Positions 61,163 to 64,000 of a DNA stretch of 64,000 bases are shown piece after piece. Made by a program: the position numbers and the translations under genes. The notes under the pieces are model-generated. The model made no database searches. It worked only from the letters and a program-made list of their open reading frames with translations, and was not told the DNA's origin. The DNA is taken from positions 3,877 through 67,876 of the forward strand of contig CAVVNF010000018.1 in assembly GCA_963749535.1 (NCBI GenBank), read 5' to 3'. The DNA is from an uncultured Thermoleophilia bacterium (GTDB taxonomy: Bacteria; Actinomycetota; Thermoleophilia; RBG-16-64-13). The stretch's first letter is position 1, and each line of letters begins with the position of its first letter.

Positions 61163-62353
61163 GTGGGATCTCAGGAGCAAGTGGTCAGAGTCGCCATGGT
61201 GGACGACGAGGAGCCGCTCTGCCTGGGCGTGCGCCGCATTCTTGCCAAATACAACGTGCACGTGCCCGATGTCAGTGTCGACGCTTCCTACGATTTCACG
61301 TACTTCACCACCGGGGAGCGCTTCCTGGAAGCGATTGCCGCGGGCGACCAGTTCGACCTCCTCCTCTGGACCTCAAGCTGCCCGGGATGAGTGGGCTGGA
61401 TATCCTGACCGTGCTCAACCATCAGAACCGGCCGATCCTCACCATCATGATCACCGCGTACGCCACCTTCGAGACGGCGGTCCAGGCTACCAAGCTCGGA
61501 GCCTACGACTTCCTGCCCAAACCGTTTTCCCCGGACGAGCTCCGGTACGCGGTCCGCAAAGCCACCGACCAGTTGATCCTCAGCAAGGAGGCCCGGCGGC
61601 TGGCGGAGGAGAAACGTCAGGTTCGCTTCAACTTCATATCCGTCCTGGCCCACGAGCTCAAAGCACCGCTCAATGCCATCGAGGGCTACCTCCGGATCTT
61701 GCAGACCGACGAGCCACCCGAGCGCAAGCAGATGATCGATCGGAGCCTGATCCGGCTGGATGGGATGAAGAAGCTTATCTTCGACCTCCTCGACCTCACG
61801 CGTATCGAGTCCGGCCAGAAGGTGCGTAATTTCGTTCCGGTGGATGTCCGAGCGCTCGCGAAATCGGCGGCGGACCTGTTCTCGGCCGAGGCGGCGGAAC
61901 GGCACATCACGATCGACTTGAAGCCAGAGGGCCCGGTGGAGATGGTGGCGGATCCCAGCGAGATCGAGATCGTCCTCAACAACCTCATATCGAACGCGGT
62001 CAAGTACAACCGAGACGGCGGCAGCGTGACGGTCGAGATCCGTCGGCGACGACGGAACGCTCAAAGTCTCTGTGACCGACACCGGCATCGGCCTGGCTCC
62101 CGAGGAGGCCGCCAAGCTCTTCTCGGAGTTCGTCCGCATCAAGAACGAGGACACCATCAAGGTCATCGGCAGCGGCCTGGGGCTCTCCACCGTCCGCAAG
62201 CTCGCTCAACTTTACGGCGGAGATGCAACGGTCGTCAGTACGAAGGGGTCGGGGAGCACGTTCACCGTGACCTTACACGATACCCTGCCTGGTCTACCGC
62301 CTCCGGCCAAAACGCCGGCAGAGCGCGACGTCGAAGCCGGAACGGTCCGTTAG
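61163..62353 (+). CDS. hybrid receiver-histidine kinase (REC-HisKA-HATPase); two frame breaks
   Basis: Receiver: VAMVDDEEPL...DLLL.DLKLPGMSGLD...FLPKPF. Kinase: H box ISVLAHELKAPLNAI, N box LISNAVKYN, G1 DTGIGL, G2 GSGLGLS. Confidence 0.8.
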
Positions 62354-62382
62354 CAAGCGCGACGATCTTTCCTCCCTATCCG

Positions 62383-63063
62383 CTAGATCTTCTTGAGCAG
62401 TGACTCAACAAGACCATAGACATCTTCTTGCCGCCTGCATCCGCAAAGCCCGGCGGCCGCGGCCAGTCCTTTGTATTCGGCTACCCGCTGCGGCTCATCC
62501 ATCGCCAGCACCGACTGCGGGGTCTGTCCCTTACTTGCCAGCTCAGTGCTGAGCGAAGCGAGGATCCCACTCAGTGCGCCGGTCCCCTCGCTCGGCGCGT
62601 GCGGGTAGACAGTGCTGGTCTTGTCGTACTTCACGAACTCCTTCTTGCCGCCGGCCTCGAAGATGCCTTCCCAACGCTCCGTTTCCGAGTCCAGCGCATA
62701 GGTCTTGACTTCCTCGGCCCCGATTATCACCGCCTCCACCACGTCCCTCGGCGTCCTCTCGACGATGCAGAGCTCCGGGTATTCTCCGCCCACATCCAGG
62801 GACAGCCGGCCTCTGTCCTCGATTCGCTGGATAACGTAATACCTCAACAGCTCAGCGGCGTCTGCGTCCACCCCGAGCACTTCTTGCCAGCCGTCTCTCC
62901 ACCGGAGGAGGAGGTACTGTTTCGCCGCACCCACACTCACCGATGGCGGCACCAGCCCAAGCTCGGCCAATCCAAGCCACAGCCGGCCGTCCACCTTGCC
63001 GAACTCGACTTCCTTGGTGGAGCCATCTTCGTACGCTACGACCAATCGTTTTGGCTGACTCAT
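62383..63063 (-). CDS. hypothetical protein (226 aa), intact
   Basis: ORF only, 4 nt from the upstream HAD-like gene. Confidence 0.45.
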   Translation of the reverse strand: MSQPKRLVVAYEDGSTKEVEFGKVDGRLWLGLAELGLVPPSVSVGAAKQYLLLRWRDGWQEVLGVDADAAELLRYYVIQRIEDRGRLSLDVGGEYPELCIVERTPRDVVEAVIIGAEEVKTYALDSETERWEGIFEAGGKKEFVKYDKTSTVYPHAPSEGTGALSGILASLSTELASKGQTPQSVLAMDEPQRVAEYKGLAAAAGLCGCRRQEDVYGLVESLLKKI

Positions 63064-63067
63064 CTCT

Positions 63068-63805
63068 TCACCCCACCGGCCTGATGATGTTTTTCAATTC
63101 CGAAAGATGGCGAATCTCGCAGGAGGCATTGGAAGGGGCGTGAAAGATATAGCCCGAATACTGGATCGCCTGGAATCCGCGCTCTTGAGCGGGCGTAATA
63201 TCCGACCACTCCTTGTCGCCGACGATGACCGCGTCCTCCGGCTCGATGCCGCGCGCGCGCAAATCCGCGGCCAGAATGTCGTACAGGTCGCCGACTTCCT
63301 TGGAGGAGCCCTTGTAGCTCAAGTCGGTCTCGCCGGTGCGCAGGTCGATCTTGCCCTGCGGCGTGATCAACTCGTCGAAGTACTCGATCACGCCCTGTTT
63401 CACGAGGAACCGGCTCACCATGTCTGTGCCGATCGGCCCGAGGGTGCGCTTGAGCTCGGCCACGATAGAGACGGTGATGCCCTGTTCTCGCAGGTATTTG
63501 ATCGCCTCGATGGCGCCGTCCGCGACTTTCAGGTACTTCTGCTCGATACGGGAGAAGATCTCCGTGACCCCGGGCGCGTCGTCGAAGACGTAGCTCATGA
63601 TCTCCGGCCGCGCCTTCTCCTTGATCACAGGGTACGAGCCGTACTTTTCCTTCATCGACCGCCAGCGGCGGCACCGTTCTTCCACCAGCTCCGGCTCCCC
63701 CAGTTGCTTGCTGGTGTCGCCGATCATCCAGTAGGTGCGCTCCGGTGACGAGTCCATCAAGGTCTGCCCGAAATCGATGCCCACCCATTTTGCATGTATC
63801 ACCAT
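63068..63805 (-). CDS. HAD-superfamily-like hydrolase
   Basis: Motif-I-like VGIDFGQTL (second Asp replaced). Motif-IV-like AVIVGDKEWSDI. Rossmannoid spacing fits. Confidence 0.6.
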   Translation of the reverse strand: MVIHAKWVGIDFGQTLMDSSPERTYWMIGDTSKQLGEPELVEERCRRWRSMKEKYGSYPVIKEKARPEIMSYVFDDAPGVTEIFSRIEQKYLKVADGAIEAIKYLREQGITVSIVAELKRTLGPIGTDMVSRFLVKQGVIEYFDELITPQGKIDLRTGETDLSYKGSSKEVGDLYDILAADLRARGIEPEDAVIVGDKEWSDITPAQERGFQAIQYSGYIFHAPSNASCEIRHLSELKNIIRPVG

Positions 63806-63873
63806 GCGGCATGTCTCCTTTTCCGCTAGTACGGCTAAGCAGGTACAGCTAGGCTAGTCCGGCTAGAAGCCTG

Positions 63874-64000
63874 TTAGGCTTCCGGTACGTCAAGGATGTA
63901 GACCACCCCCACGTCGCCATCCACCCTCACGCGCATCCCGGTCTTCAGCTTCTTCGTGCCCTCCACGCAACCGGAGATCACCGGCAACCCATACTCGCGA
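63874..64000 (-). CDS. C-terminal end of a PEP-utilising-enzyme (mobile domain) protein, partial
   Basis: REYGLPVISGCVEGTKKLKTGMRVRVDGDVGVVYILDVPEA then stop. This is typical of the swivel domain of PEP synthase/PPDK-like enzymes. Confidence 0.5.
   Translation of the reverse strand, partial: REYGLPVISGCVEGTKKLKTGMRVRVDGDVGVVYILDVPEA

Overview
High-GC bacterial chromosome segment. It looks like an anaerobic Actinomycetota-type genome from an error-prone assembly; this is an inference from the gltX-tRNAGln-tRNAGlu linkage, the RipA-like NlpC/P60, Ldt, Rex and strong AGGAGG Shine-Dalgarno sites. No rRNA, CRISPR array or transposase was seen. Main caveat: about two dozen genes only read through if single-base frame changes are allowed. 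The three breaks I could pin down, all in gltX, are 1-nt contractions of C runs. I therefore annotate across breaks as probable sequencing error rather than decay. Layout: (1) 1-1.6 kb holds the gltX 3' part, tRNA-Gln, tRNA-Glu and a small beta-barrel protein. (2) About 2-11.1 kb is a tyrosine-integrase island beside a tRNA-Phe 3' fragment. It carries phased arm-type repeats, an XRE/Xis switch with AACGAAAATC operators, a translationally coupled primase-helicase module, a ParB-DNA methylase fusion and about 2.3 kb of unknown cargo, but no virion genes. (3) 11.3-27.6 kb is housekeeping or miscellaneous: Ldt, a GT-C-like membrane protein, SAM MTase, YggT, secreted PLD, PRC-barrel, ferredoxin, a hicBA cassette beside an ABC-F remnant, an S1C protease and a Mop-type aldehyde oxidoreductase. 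(4) 27.9-38.8 kb is a ten-gene same-strand CoA/beta-keto-acid cluster: DUF35, thiolase-like, HADH, BKACE, DUF362, unknown, cupin, PrpE-like ligase, SBP and a MerR-TetR fusion regulator. (5) 38.9-47.9 kb holds SatP, tRNA-fMet, NlpC/P60, NifU-like, thiolase II, alkylation-repair bits, a NitT/TauT-type ABC transporter and a TM1266-like small regulator. (6) 48.1-62.4 kb is a one-strand locus and my best candidate for an undescribed system. It runs Rex fused to a DRTGG-like domain, a GHKL-ferredoxin-HydS-like-DRTGG protein, PHP, a small GHKL ATPase, hydC, an hndB-like gene, a NuoF-GltD fusion, hydA, a receiver, a HydS-like domain fused directly to a histidine kinase, and a hybrid REC-kinase. (7) 62.4-64 kb holds an unknown protein, a HAD-like hydrolase and the tail of a PEP-utilising enzyme.
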